DNA of 64,000 nt from a virus. Its lineage: Duplodnaviria; Caudoviricetes. The stretch is taken from IMG/VR virus record IMGVR_UViG_3300042260_000337, one strand, 5' to 3'. Position numbers and translations under genes: made by a program. Below, one piece after another: positions 38,701 to 49,017 of this stretch (position 1 is the first letter of the stretch; each line of letters starts with the position of its first letter). The notes beneath the pieces are model-generated. The model saw only the letters and a program-made list of their open reading frames with translations, searched no databases and was not told the origin of the DNA.

Positions 38701-41700
38701 TGACAACACTGCCGATTATCTTGTTGGCGATATAGTTATCAATCCTAACGATGGAAAATATTACAAGAGAAAGATAGCAGGGCAGACAGATAAAGAAGAA
38801 GCGCAGTCTATCACATTTGATTATTCTGCTTGGATATTGGTTCCACAACCAAAGGTAAAACAGTTTGGTTTCAGAATCCATGGATACATTGACCTTCACC
38901 CAGAGTTCCCAGCCTTTGAATGGGACACTGCAAGTGGAGAGAAAGTATACGAAACCGTTGGTGACAAACTGGTCATTGCAAACTGGAAGCAAAATACATT
39001 CTATCGTCAAAATGATTATGTGCTGTATGACAACAAACCATTCGTTTGCTTAGAAACTCACACATCGTTGACTACATTCGGAGACTCATTGACAAAGTGG
39101 AAGGCGGTTGGAACATGGCCACGTGTGAACAAGACTTATGCTTATGGATATAATAAGGTAGACGAAACCCGTGTCAAGACATACAAGTATGGTGAAGTTC
39201 TAACTTCCGCCGATGATGTTGTTCATCTTCTTGTTGGCTATCAAGAATACCTACAATCACGAGGATGGAAGTTCCTTGATATTTTTGAGAACTCGTATCC
39301 AATCAATTTTGAAAATCTGATTCCACAATTCTTAGACTGGACAGCCGAAAATCATACAGTGGGCGAATACATTTCGCTAACGCCACTGAAAGAAAATGGC
39401 GAATTTGATTCTCCACACGGTGTTGCAAAAGTTGGTAAGGACACATTCAAAAATTACTATCGTGTTGTTGATGCCGAAGGAAATAAAATTTCCGAGAATG
39501 ACATAAGTTTCTACACAACTGGAAATTCATTGACTTGGAAATCTAGTCATCCAGTATATGGAATGATGATTGACATAACTGACATTGAACACGCTTTTGT
39601 TGTTGACCGTGTTGACTCATATAACGATATCATATATGACCCGCTAAACCATAACAGAAATCTTCGTATGCTGATTGACTGCAACCGAGCAGTTGATTGG
39701 GATGGGACAATGGCAACCGATGGCTACATTGTGTATGGAAACAAGATGATTCCAAACTTTGAAACAGTTATTGATGAAATTCAAAACTACCGAGACACCA
39801 TACTTGACCAAAGTTTAGAAAACATCAATCTGTTGAAGGCAAGCCATATTGGTTTCTTCCCACGTGAATATTTTAACCGTATGGGAATTGAACGAGAAAG
39901 CCAACTTGAATTTTACAAAGGTTTCTTAGCTGGAAAAGGAACAAAAGAAAGCATTAACCGTCTAGTAAACCTTGAAAGCAACATCACTGATATTGAAAAC
40001 AGCGATGTGTGGGCGTTCAAGATGGCAGAATATGGTAACAATAACTCACGTAGAAAAGAATCCAAAGTTGTAAACATATCAGACTTGCGAAAGACTCCTT
40101 ATGTTGTGACATATGATAACATAGAATATCCTATGGAAACAACAACTGCTATTTCACCAGTTCCTCTAAAAACTACTGGGTATGTAGATTCAACCTATAT
40201 AAGTCATGTTGTTATGAATACTTCATCTCTTACATCTCTGAATGTTTCAAAAATATTTGAAGGCGACATTGCTTGGGTTCAGTTTGATGACGACCGTGAA
40301 TGGGATGTATTGCGTTTGAGTGAGATTGCAGAAATAGTATATCTTGGTGAAACTCCTGATGCTCAACTTTACATAGCGTTGACGAATGAAATACCAACTG
40401 ATAAGGAAATATTCCTTCGTGTTGTTTCAAGTGGCATACAGCCTGAAATACAAGGATACTTCTATCCAGTGTATGAATCTACGCAGACATATAATGGAAT
40501 GCCAGTATATCTGTATCTGATTTTTGACATGAACTATGAAGCCGTGATTGTTGAAATTGATACTTCAACAAGTAACAGTGTTTACGTTCCAACTCAATCA
40601 ATCCCATATGTTGAAGCAAACGGTTCTGTAGTAAATCCAAATATTGTTGATGGCGATACCTTGGTAATCAATGGAAATTCATATGTGTATGACCCAGTTG
40701 GTGTTGGAACTACGAGAGTTCAGATATATGGTTCTGAGTTCTCAGTAAACCCATTTGTTCAGGCTGGTGAAAGAATACGAATTTCGGTATTTGATAGTTT
40801 TGGACAATTGGCGAACAACAACTCAACTGTTACATTTACTGGGACCGTTGCAGAAACTGAAAATCCTGTAACTTCTGAAATAGGAGACCAAATTAATATT
40901 GATGGGACGATACTAACTGTTGCAGCAAGTTCTGATTCGGAAATAGTAATTGTTTCTGATAATAATGAATTGACAGAAGTTCCAGTTGGCTCAACCATAT
41001 TGGTCGATGGTCAAACAGTTGCAACATTTGAGAAGATAGTAGTGAATGGAACTACTAATAATCTAACGTTGTCATCTACAAAAGCACTGAGCGTCAACGG
41101 GACAATCATTACGTTTACCGTTCCAACTGGCACAACAATAGGAACAAATTCTACTGAACTATTCTCAAATGTGACTACTCCAGTGCCATCTATTCAATTG
41201 GCCTCTGCTATGACTAATTACCTACCAGGTAATATAACTGTAAGTAACGGTATTGATGCGCCATACGTTCTCACAACGTCTGCATATACATACAATAGTA
41301 ATACAAAAGTTATAACTTTTGATACTCCGATACAAGATGGGCAAGTTGCTTCGGTTCAAACTGAAACTCAAATATTGGTCGCGGACTCAATCACCACGTC
41401 ATTTACTCTTACAGGACCGTTCAACACTGCTGACCGTATTATAGTTGGAAGCTATACAGAAGGAACAGAATATAGCATAAATGGTTCAAACATCGTGTTT
41501 GTGACTGCCCCAACTTCTGATGTTACTGTGACTTATGAGACTGACATTCTTGTAAATCAAGATAGCGTTGTGGATATTACAGTTCAACTTGTAGCACAAC
41601 CTGTGGCACAATTCTTGGATATTGATGATATCGTATCGATCATAAATGCATCATCTGCACCTGTCACTGCGAGTAAGTCAGCATCAAACTCATTGAACAT

Positions 41701-44700
41701 TGAATATTCTGGTGCGGTTCTTACAATGAACGGTTCCATATTGATAGACTTTGGCATGTCATCTACAAGTTCGTTTAGAGAGTCTACATATCAAAATGTA
41801 GTAGACCAAATAGATTCGGTCGTTGATTTGACTTCATATCTAAATTCAAACGAACAGATAGTTATAACAACAACAAACCCAACAGTTACTCTGTCTGGAA
41901 CTGCACTTACTCATATCGGTATGGATGACGGCGTATACAACGCAGTCGCCAACCCTACTAAAAACAGTATAGTTGAGCAAATCAACAACTTGAACATTCT
42001 AAATCTTCAGGCAAGTGTTACCACTTCTGGTATAGAAATATATAAAAATAATCACCTTCTAACCATCAGTGAAGTAACTACTGGCGCTATGTCAAGACTT
42101 GGATTTACAAGTTCAACGGTTGTAGTTAGGGCGTCCGACCTTATCGCAGAACAGATAAATGCACAGGCGTTTGCAAACGATAGTTCTATAGGATATGCTA
42201 GTGTTGTTGACAGTAGAATCAAGATAACAAGTCCACAAAAATCAATCGCAATTTCCAGTCTAAATGGAAATGCGCTAGATGATATAGGGATTCCTGCGGG
42301 AACATATCTGGCAACTACAACAATATTGTCCTCTGCGTCTGCCTTCAAAGACCAAATAAATTCAGTCGCTACAGACGTTACCGTGTCAATATCGAGTGAT
42401 GGACGAATGATATTTGTTGGAAACAACAACGTAATTTCGTTTGCCGGAACGGAACAAGAAATACTTGACAAGATTGGATTGTATAGAGAATACACCAGTA
42501 TCACAAGTAGTAATGACTTCAAGGTTATGGACTGGAAATCCGTGCGTTACACACCAAATTATAATGGAGAAACATTCGGTGAGTTCTATGACAATCTTGG
42601 ATTGAATGGAATATCATTTATTTGGGCTGATGAATACGATGGCAATGGTTGGGCGGTTTTGGCTCGTAAACCAGATGGAACTCTAACCGTCATGCAGCGT
42701 CAGGCACCACGAGTGAATGTTGAAAACATAAATCGTTTGATCATAACTGATGATCAAACGAATCATCGTATGTATAGTTTGTATGATCCTTTGAATTTGA
42801 AATTCCCAGGGGATGTTGGTGCTAACTTGTCATATGTTTCCTGGCAAGACCCTGCGCAGTATGAGTTTGATGTTACACGAGACAAGTGGACTGACAGTCA
42901 CGTTGGAGAATTTTGGTGGAATACCACAAACGCAAGATATTATCGCTACAATGATTATGGTGATGTCAATGGAAACATTGATGCCAACTTTGCTAGAAAA
43001 TATTGGGGAAAACTAGTTCCTAATTCTGAGATAAAAGTATATCGTTGGACTGTATCAACTACTATACCAGATGACGTAACAAAATTCAACAAAGTAGTAT
43101 ATAATGACCCAGCGACAAATTCAAATGTCGTAAAGTATTACTTCTGGACAGCCGAGTCTATCGGACAAGAGGAAGATGATTTGACGCCATCAGATGTGAA
43201 AATGATGATAGAAAATCGTAAAATGTCTGATAACTTTATTCCTATTGCGAATAACAAAATATTGGTTTCAAATAGTAAAGAAGTCCTAAAGGGACAACGA
43301 GTAAAATTTGAACTTGATTATTACACTGATAAATCAAGAAACGAATCTCATAGTGATTGGCATCTTGTATCTGAAAAAGATTCTACTCCAATCCCAGATG
43401 AATTATGTCAAGAATTTATAGATTCAATTTCTGGGGCAATTATAGAAGATAGCATTTCAAACGTTATCGTCGCAGAAGAAATTGATGAGATAGGAAATGT
43501 CATAATAAGTGGAATTGATTTCTTGAACTATTGTGACCTTACAGATTCAGTCGTTATGATCAATTCAAATTTGGTTCAGCCATCGTTTTTTAGTTACAAT
43601 GGAGACACATTGGAGATAGACTATTCATACGCCGCTATGGTTGGTGATGTAGTGAGAGTTTACAAGCTATCTAGAAACTTCAACAACTGGTTCAAAAATC
43701 TTCCAGAAGCTAGAAGAAATTTTGGATACATAGTAAATGAATATATGAAGCGAAAGGTTATAGGCGGTTTCGCATACAACTGGAAAGAATACGTGTCTGA
43801 TTATGAGAACTCATTAGTTTCTTTGGACTACTGGTCACTCAATTCAAAGTATGACACCATAGATTATTTTGAATATCTGTCAAAAACTAAGTCTTTTGAC
43901 ATGAATGGGTTGTATGAATCTGGAATACAATCCTTCAAAGTATCAACCGATGAGGATGGGTATTACTTCCCAATTGACGGTGTTCTTCGTATGGTTCATA
44001 GAACCAATACTTCGTTGAGAATTTCTCACGAAAATGTAATTACTCCAAAATTGAATACTGAGTATTATGAAAATGCACTATCAGTGCAAACAATTGAGTT
44101 TATGAATATGATGAAGGAATATGCAGAGCCATCATTTATGAAAAAACTATTCTTGGAAATGGTAAAATATATGCTGACTGAAAAGACATATCCTGATTTT
44201 ATATTCAAGACAAGTTACTTTGACTTGATTATGAAAAATAATGGACTGAAGCAAAGTGCAATATACCTAAGAGACTATTATGATGATATGATTGATTACG
44301 TCAACGATACCAAACCATATCATGCAAAAATAAGAAATGTAACCAATCGTTTCTCCACGCAGGAAAGCATGAACAATTCGGTGACTGACATTTCAAACAT
44401 GACAGTTCGTATGAAATTTGGAAATTCTGATTATTATACCATTATAGTTGACGAATCATTTGATGCTGATCCTATCATATACGATATAGATAAAAAGTTC
44501 AATCCTTCTCCCGAACCATTGACGCTAACAGTTTATATCAACGGCGTGAAAATACGAGACCAATATTATTCAATAGAAAATGGACATTTGGTTTTCAACA
44601 CAAATGGCGATATTCTTGATGGCAGCACTTCCGGGGCTATTAGTATTGAAGTCGGAGACAGAATAACCGTATCAAGAACAAATAGTCGTTATGCGTTGAA

Positions 44701-45196
44701 CAGAGTGGAAGGAAACGCCACCATAAATACAGAAAACGATTATGATGGCGGAACTCTGTTACAGTCTATAACTTCGTATACAAACGTTGCGGGGGGAATT
44801 GACACTGGTTTCATTACATCCAAGTCAAGAGATATTCTAGTGCTTACGCAAAATGGATACACAGATGAGACGAGAACAACATTGACCGAAAAGAAGTTTT
44901 TTGTTTATGACCAATTTGGTAGAGGATACATTGTTGAAGTTGACAAAATGGGAACCATCAGCCAGTTTGATGGAGATACCGTAACTGTCAACCAGCAAAG
45001 TTATTTCAAGTCTGCCAAGGGTGATACTAAACGACTATCAATATTGGACAATGGCTCACAGATAGAATTTTTCCTATATGACAAGAAGGATGGAACTGAA
45101 TTGAGAATTTCAGACCGTGGAGTTTACACTGGTAAAATGTCTAACTTCTCAAATGGAGATGCCATTTACACTGTAAAATCAGTAGTCGAAATATAA
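35792..45196 (+). CDS. Giant baseplate wedge/virion protein (gp7-like position)
   Basis: 3134-aa uninterrupted ORF directly after gp6. PWKAAG, LVGYQEYL...GW and KPYHAKIR segments, repeated VYVNGVxQ modules, Thr/Ser/Asn-rich central region. Confidence 0.75.
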   Translation: MKDKVYDFLPAHLKNSELENIFNATLDRVFSKGKVEKIRSFVGRKEKGIYNSKNSYVEYPFSQSYRNDYSFEPVYANPNIQDNVFYDDLLNLIYNKGGLINDHRRLFTNEYYTINLPIDADKFCNWAMYYWVYPGFDESISGSNLKHYVTIDKNQNNWWGVNNSWYHFDDIKNLLTVDNKHLIKKASRPIIEFDKGLELSTTSSTKPIEDLDFEEPTFALYGPTGLSQEGSKIFSYVTGTAEDYPYDAELMLYPKLIAGDYQSEYSYIISLPESLTCKLNGDDLSIYIPSNFKYRNVRQEKPEGLVSFINLEYEPSSENDIDVYVNGVRQIGNYSYDNRTITLDTPTSEYVYVDYSTASPIDEKKPYTFQRVNPSVEYNPDGVSHVNVEFSYSTIFEHLIRIIETAVGLEGEPISSSNFRTLIGTDKTKLNDQGSVMIKSGVDLAFAYFAINRDDFNPFAAVESLSTYYNSFKNKLVLTIQEILKSADQGNKTDTEILEEALKTISINKSTVYKVFDSVFMLDYGVKNNHYQELTVTNVAGSLEQFMPQFDNPVVSDSDVAVYVNGVIQIYGHDYTISSTGGEILFKTYAPSSTDIISVRNYINREDLRIPPSSVKLGISPSYIPSFQTDNEFSEPVEFIIGHDGSKTPRWNDRTDNILLEYEIRVYNKLSVYETNIDYMNYGVFSTANTDYSYAEKNHIAYPFFKKWMVKNEISNMYNDTFNPNDWKTWNYSALNSALPGNWRGIYSYLYGTDNPLIEPWKAAGLSQKPEDFDIDYGPDYTSPSFWAMLISDNMLDVPVPVYTSGELKSIDDLLYSGSITNQVIQTLKSDWYFGDGSPVEMAWKRSSEYSFISFIEMMLQRPFDVISKYRDKINYIVSLYTKILGINFNAVERERNNYQFKLGSKLSGFVNNFVLLSENESLVNSKYSEIPSDNYNLFIHASVPSRTENFSAITIERVSLDKQYPTYSIDNTADYLVGDIVINPNDGKYYKRKIAGQTDKEEAQSITFDYSAWILVPQPKVKQFGFRIHGYIDLHPEFPAFEWDTASGEKVYETVGDKLVIANWKQNTFYRQNDYVLYDNKPFVCLETHTSLTTFGDSLTKWKAVGTWPRVNKTYAYGYNKVDETRVKTYKYGEVLTSADDVVHLLVGYQEYLQSRGWKFLDIFENSYPINFENLIPQFLDWTAENHTVGEYISLTPLKENGEFDSPHGVAKVGKDTFKNYYRVVDAEGNKISENDISFYTTGNSLTWKSSHPVYGMMIDITDIEHAFVVDRVDSYNDIIYDPLNHNRNLRMLIDCNRAVDWDGTMATDGYIVYGNKMIPNFETVIDEIQNYRDTILDQSLENINLLKASHIGFFPREYFNRMGIERESQLEFYKGFLAGKGTKESINRLVNLESNITDIENSDVWAFKMAEYGNNNSRRKESKVVNISDLRKTPYVVTYDNIEYPMETTTAISPVPLKTTGYVDSTYISHVVMNTSSLTSLNVSKIFEGDIAWVQFDDDREWDVLRLSEIAEIVYLGETPDAQLYIALTNEIPTDKEIFLRVVSSGIQPEIQGYFYPVYESTQTYNGMPVYLYLIFDMNYEAVIVEIDTSTSNSVYVPTQSIPYVEANGSVVNPNIVDGDTLVINGNSYVYDPVGVGTTRVQIYGSEFSVNPFVQAGERIRISVFDSFGQLANNNSTVTFTGTVAETENPVTSEIGDQINIDGTILTVAASSDSEIVIVSDNNELTEVPVGSTILVDGQTVATFEKIVVNGTTNNLTLSSTKALSVNGTIITFTVPTGTTIGTNSTELFSNVTTPVPSIQLASAMTNYLPGNITVSNGIDAPYVLTTSAYTYNSNTKVITFDTPIQDGQVASVQTETQILVADSITTSFTLTGPFNTADRIIVGSYTEGTEYSINGSNIVFVTAPTSDVTVTYETDILVNQDSVVDITVQLVAQPVAQFLDIDDIVSIINASSAPVTASKSASNSLNIEYSGAVLTMNGSILIDFGMSSTSSFRESTYQNVVDQIDSVVDLTSYLNSNEQIVITTTNPTVTLSGTALTHIGMDDGVYNAVANPTKNSIVEQINNLNILNLQASVTTSGIEIYKNNHLLTISEVTTGAMSRLGFTSSTVVVRASDLIAEQINAQAFANDSSIGYASVVDSRIKITSPQKSIAISSLNGNALDDIGIPAGTYLATTTILSSASAFKDQINSVATDVTVSISSDGRMIFVGNNNVISFAGTEQEILDKIGLYREYTSITSSNDFKVMDWKSVRYTPNYNGETFGEFYDNLGLNGISFIWADEYDGNGWAVLARKPDGTLTVMQRQAPRVNVENINRLIITDDQTNHRMYSLYDPLNLKFPGDVGANLSYVSWQDPAQYEFDVTRDKWTDSHVGEFWWNTTNARYYRYNDYGDVNGNIDANFARKYWGKLVPNSEIKVYRWTVSTTIPDDVTKFNKVVYNDPATNSNVVKYYFWTAESIGQEEDDLTPSDVKMMIENRKMSDNFIPIANNKILVSNSKEVLKGQRVKFELDYYTDKSRNESHSDWHLVSEKDSTPIPDELCQEFIDSISGAIIEDSISNVIVAEEIDEIGNVIISGIDFLNYCDLTDSVVMINSNLVQPSFFSYNGDTLEIDYSYAAMVGDVVRVYKLSRNFNNWFKNLPEARRNFGYIVNEYMKRKVIGGFAYNWKEYVSDYENSLVSLDYWSLNSKYDTIDYFEYLSKTKSFDMNGLYESGIQSFKVSTDEDGYYFPIDGVLRMVHRTNTSLRISHENVITPKLNTEYYENALSVQTIEFMNMMKEYAEPSFMKKLFLEMVKYMLTEKTYPDFIFKTSYFDLIMKNNGLKQSAIYLRDYYDDMIDYVNDTKPYHAKIRNVTNRFSTQESMNNSVTDISNMTVRMKFGNSDYYTIIVDESFDADPIIYDIDKKFNPSPEPLTLTVYINGVKIRDQYYSIENGHLVFNTNGDILDGSTSGAISIEVGDRITVSRTNSRYALNRVEGNATINTENDYDGGTLLQSITSYTNVAGGIDTGFITSKSRDILVLTQNGYTDETRTTLTEKKFFVYDQFGRGYIVEVDKMGTISQFDGDTVTVNQQSYFKSAKGDTKRLSILDNGSQIEFFLYDKKDGTELRISDRGVYTGKMSNFSNGDAIYTVKSVVEI

Positions 45197-45210
45197 ACAT
45201 CTAACATATT

Positions 45211-45218
45211 GATAAATA
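45211..45218 (+). promoter_or_regulatory. Late promoter GATAAATA
   Basis: Upstream of ATG 45248. Confidence 0.6.
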
Positions 45219-45247
45219 TAATAAATCATAACGAAGAGAGACAATAC

Positions 45248-45907
45248 ATGTTCAATGATAAAATAGAACCTTCAATAGTTGGTTCTCTTGTAATAAGAGA
45301 CAAGAACACTGGCGAGATATTGGTAAAAAAGAAAAACGCCATACACCAAGGCAACATGGCATATATAATTGCCTGTGCCTTGGCTGGCACTGCTACATCT
45401 GTAAATGTTGGTGGTGGTAGTCCTTCTATAAACTGGATGGCATTTGGCAATGGTGGTTCTGTTTCAACTACAACATTGGCATATCGTTCACCTCGCGTAT
45501 CAACTATATATGACGAGCAAAGTATGTCAACTAGCACTTCAAGTTTGTATGCTAAAACATATGAAACTCAAACGTCAAGCGTAGTATATTTTCCGGGTCA
45601 AGCACTCAGTGAAACTGAATATGTGCCAAACAGTACAGCAAAAATCGTATTCACCGTTGAACTGGACCATAATGATATTGCGGCATACACTGGTGCTACC
45701 ATACCAGAAAGTGATAGTTCTACTGATGAAGCATCATTAGCAGCATTTACATTTGACGAACTTGGTTTAGTGGCGGGTGTAACGGAAGCTGGTGTTATGC
45801 AAGAAGACAAATCGCTATTGGTTACTCATGTGGTATTCCATCCTGTTCTGTTGTCTGCGAACAGAACAATCATAATTGATTACACAATAACAATTCAAGT
45901 AAGCTAA
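45248..45907 (+). CDS. Baseplate/tail structural protein (putative)
   Basis: KKNAIHQGN, MAFGNGG, FDELGL, HVVFHPVLLSANRTIIIDYTI. Start set at MFNDK. Confidence 0.65.
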   Translation: MFNDKIEPSIVGSLVIRDKNTGEILVKKKNAIHQGNMAYIIACALAGTATSVNVGGGSPSINWMAFGNGGSVSTTTLAYRSPRVSTIYDEQSMSTSTSSLYAKTYETQTSSVVYFPGQALSETEYVPNSTAKIVFTVELDHNDIAAYTGATIPESDSSTDEASLAAFTFDELGLVAGVTEAGVMQEDKSLLVTHVVFHPVLLSANRTIIIDYTITIQVS

Positions 45908-45916
45908 GAGAGAACA

Positions 45917-46789
45917 ATGGCAGTAGGCGATATAATATATGCAGCGGACTTGGCGACATTACGGACCACGCTGAACACCATTTTGAATGATAGTTCAGTT
46001 GCAAGCGGATATAATCAAGCAACAACTATTACAGCTAATCCGGCAATAACTAATATAATTGACGATGCTTTCCATGATACAATATATTCTGCGTCTGGAA
46101 TTTTAGCAAACTATTATAACATTGTAAACCCATTTTTGGTAGTAAACGCTGACGGTATTATAAATTGGGCTGATTATGCAACATCGGCAAGCACATTTAA
46201 CAGCACAATAACAACACAGCATGCTGCTCCATGGACGTATTCTGCTGGTTGGGATACAACCACTGCTACTGAACTAACGTCTGCTATTTCAAACTGGAAC
46301 GGCGCAAAGACTTTTGATTTCAATATCGCGTTTTCTTCCACTGCACATATGAACTCTTGGTTTACAGCGGGCGGCGAAATTCGTATCAGTGCTTCACATT
46401 CGTCTGCGGCAACTCCACAGGCAGTTTCTTGGCAACAACTTTGCACTGAACTAGGGACATTCCGCATATCAGTTCGTCCGACTGATACTACCGACACAAA
46501 CTTGTCTGTTAGAAAACTATACAACGATTTGACTGGTGCATATACCACTGTAAAATTGATATATGCTGATGCAACCAGTTATTCCACTAACTACATTCAA
46601 ATTCAGGCGTATAAAACCACGACTACAGTTTATGTCAGAATGATAATAAATGATGCACATGCCAACGTGTTTTCTGACATTGTATCTGGCACCACGACCG
46701 CTACAGTGTCATCTTTGAAGTTGTCTAATACGGTAGGATCAGTAAATATAACAAACCCAACGTTCACGTCAACGGCTGTGTTCGTATAA
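45917..46789 (+). CDS. Virion structural protein (short fiber/collar-like)
   Basis: Thr/Ser/Ala-rich. WFTAGGEIRI motif shared with the next gene. Confidence 0.6.
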   Translation: MAVGDIIYAADLATLRTTLNTILNDSSVASGYNQATTITANPAITNIIDDAFHDTIYSASGILANYYNIVNPFLVVNADGIINWADYATSASTFNSTITTQHAAPWTYSAGWDTTTATELTSAISNWNGAKTFDFNIAFSSTAHMNSWFTAGGEIRISASHSSAATPQAVSWQQLCTELGTFRISVRPTDTTDTNLSVRKLYNDLTGAYTTVKLIYADATSYSTNYIQIQAYKTTTTVYVRMIINDAHANVFSDIVSGTTTATVSSLKLSNTVGSVNITNPTFTSTAVFV

Positions 46790-46804
46790 TCGGAGAGAGG
46801 GTTT

Positions 46805-47731
46805 ATGTCACCACAAAGTTATTATATCGGCGGTAAGATACGAGCGGAAGATTTCAATACATTTATTGGAAATATAAACGATATAGTAGGCATAGGTGCT
46901 GGGGATTCTGGTTATGGGCAAGATCATCTTGTCATGGAAGAACTATCACCAACGCAAAAAATTAGAGCATCGCATTGGAACAAATTACTAAACGCAATAC
47001 ACGTTGTTGCCGACCACCAAGGCACTTCCGTTTCTGTTCCAGAATCAACAAATGACCCACTGTTTCCTGCGGCAAATAAGGTCATTGAACTTATACCAAC
47101 TCTAACAACCGATATTGCGAATGTGGTTGCCAACAAGTTAAACTATGACCCAGCACAACTTGTGATTGAGACAAATAAGATTTCTTCGTCTCAGACATAC
47201 GTTGACCCATCATCTGGTATACCAAATTGGGTTGGAACCGTTTATTATGAATTTTCGACCAATTTTGACAATGACAACCACCGCAGACATTTTTTCAACA
47301 CTGGTGGAGAAATACGTATTGGATGTGATTTGTTACCGTCTGGTTCCGACCAACAGTCGGTAGATTGGGAAAACTTACTCAACAGTGTAGCAACGATTAA
47401 GATGAATATCAATACTACATATTCATCTACTGGGGTTGGAACTCCTGGTCCTGGGTTCAACACGCTTACCAATTCATTCCAGCTAGTATATACGAAAGGC
47501 GGAACTGGAAACTATTCGTCAAACCAACTAAACATATATGCCAAATTAAACACCAACCATGGAATCACGATTAAGGTTAGTTTTGATGATGTTCACAATC
47601 CGAGCACTGGAACTGGTTGGACTGGGGACGATTATGTTGCTGGTGTATTGACTATTCAGGTAGATCAGCAACGGGCGGATGGCGTGGTTGTAATTGCTTC
47701 TCCAACATATAGTCATATTTCTGAACTATGA
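46805..47731 (+). CDS. Virion structural protein, paralog of 45917..46789
   Basis: GIGAGDSGYGQ, FFNTGGEIRI. Confidence 0.6.
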   Translation: MSPQSYYIGGKIRAEDFNTFIGNINDIVGIGAGDSGYGQDHLVMEELSPTQKIRASHWNKLLNAIHVVADHQGTSVSVPESTNDPLFPAANKVIELIPTLTTDIANVVANKLNYDPAQLVIETNKISSSQTYVDPSSGIPNWVGTVYYEFSTNFDNDNHRRHFFNTGGEIRIGCDLLPSGSDQQSVDWENLLNSVATIKMNINTTYSSTGVGTPGPGFNTLTNSFQLVYTKGGTGNYSSNQLNIYAKLNTNHGITIKVSFDDVHNPSTGTGWTGDDYVAGVLTIQVDQQRADGVVVIASPTYSHISEL

Positions 47732-47733
47732 TG

Positions 47734-47762
47734 TTGACATAATATTCATTTTTTGATATACT
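47734..47762 (+). promoter_or_regulatory. sigma70 promoter at the start of the accessory island
   Basis: TTGACA-17 nt-TATACT with extended TG, immediately after the last structural gene. Confidence 0.85.
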
Positions 47763-47782
47763 TTTGGAAAAGGAGTATATCT

Positions 47783-48163
47783 ATGTCTATAGAAGAAAAA
47801 AAAGATGTTGATGTAGAGCGCCTCGAAAAGGCGCTTCATTTTTCAAATACAATGCAGACCTTCAATCTGGCAAAAAATAATCTCAAAGTTAAAACTCAAA
47901 ATCTTCTTTCATATTCTCAATATGGTGGAACTTTTAATATTACCCAAGAGTTCATTGGGTTTTTAAATGCAGTTAAATCTGCTGGTAGAAAAAATATAGT
48001 AATTCTAGACAAAAACGAAACTCCAATAAAAATCGAAGATGTGTCTGACTTTTTAGATAATGTTCTTTCTGTTTATTTTGAAGTGGTAAACGAATATAAT
48101 AATGAGTATCAAAAACTAAAAAGTTCTCGTAAGATAGAAAAGTTTTTGGACATAACAAAATGA
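47783..48163 (+). CDS. Hypothetical protein
   Basis: Start set at MSIEEK (SD AGGAG). ERLEKALHFSN...GGTFNIT motif. Confidence 0.75.
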   Translation: MSIEEKKDVDVERLEKALHFSNTMQTFNLAKNNLKVKTQNLLSYSQYGGTFNITQEFIGFLNAVKSAGRKNIVILDKNETPIKIEDVSDFLDNVLSVYFEVVNEYNNEYQKLKSSRKIEKFLDITK

Positions 48164-49017
48164 GCAGAGGCATTATAATTCTGGCAAACAATACCCCAGA
48201 TGTTAATTACGCAGCGATGGCTTGCTTATGTTCAGACTTTGCCAGACATAATTTGTCAAAGTTCGATGAAATTGCAATTATAACTAATTCAGAAACATAT
48301 GACGAAAATAAAGAACTGATTGATAAAAAATTTGACAGAGTTATAATTGATGACCATAAGCCATTTGTGAATATTAGATTGTTCAAGGATACTTCTTACC
48401 ATACATTCAAATCTGAATGGAATAATCATGGAAGGTCATCTGTATATGAATTATCTCCATATGATGAAACCTTGGTGATTGATAGCGATTACTTCGTTAT
48501 GAGTAATATATTGGACCAAGTATGGGGAAGCCAAAACGATTTTATGATAAACTCATCATTTGTGGATTTGGCTGGTCGTCAGGAAGAACGTCTTATTTAC
48601 ATAGACGAGTTTACTATTCCAATGTATTGGGCAACAGTATTCTATTTTACCAAATCTAAATTCAACGAAACATTGTTTACTCTTATAAATCATATAAGAA
48701 ACAACTATAAGTATTATTGCTTGTTATACAATTGCCCAAGTGCAATGTTTAGAAATGACTTTGTGTTTTCAATTGCATTACATATTATAAATGGAAATGT
48801 GGCAAATAATATCCCAACACTTCCATTTCAATATTTGAACAATAGTTTTGACTTGGACGATATATACAAAATAAATTCCTACAATGAAATTACCATGCTA
48901 TTTGCAAAAAAAACAGACGCTACCGATTATGTGTTTGGAAAAATAAAAAATATGGATATTCACATTATGAATAAAAAGGCCATATTGCGGCAGTTGTCGG
49001 AGTTTTTAAATGAGTAA
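48160..49017 (+). CDS. GT-A-fold glycosyltransferase-like protein
   Basis: RGIIILA, SPYDETLVIDSDY (DxD), YWATVFYF. Confidence 0.65.
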   Translation: MSRGIIILANNTPDVNYAAMACLCSDFARHNLSKFDEIAIITNSETYDENKELIDKKFDRVIIDDHKPFVNIRLFKDTSYHTFKSEWNNHGRSSVYELSPYDETLVIDSDYFVMSNILDQVWGSQNDFMINSSFVDLAGRQEERLIYIDEFTIPMYWATVFYFTKSKFNETLFTLINHIRNNYKYYCLLYNCPSAMFRNDFVFSIALHIINGNVANNIPTLPFQYLNNSFDLDDIYKINSYNEITMLFAKKTDATDYVFGKIKNMDIHIMNKKAILRQLSEFLNE

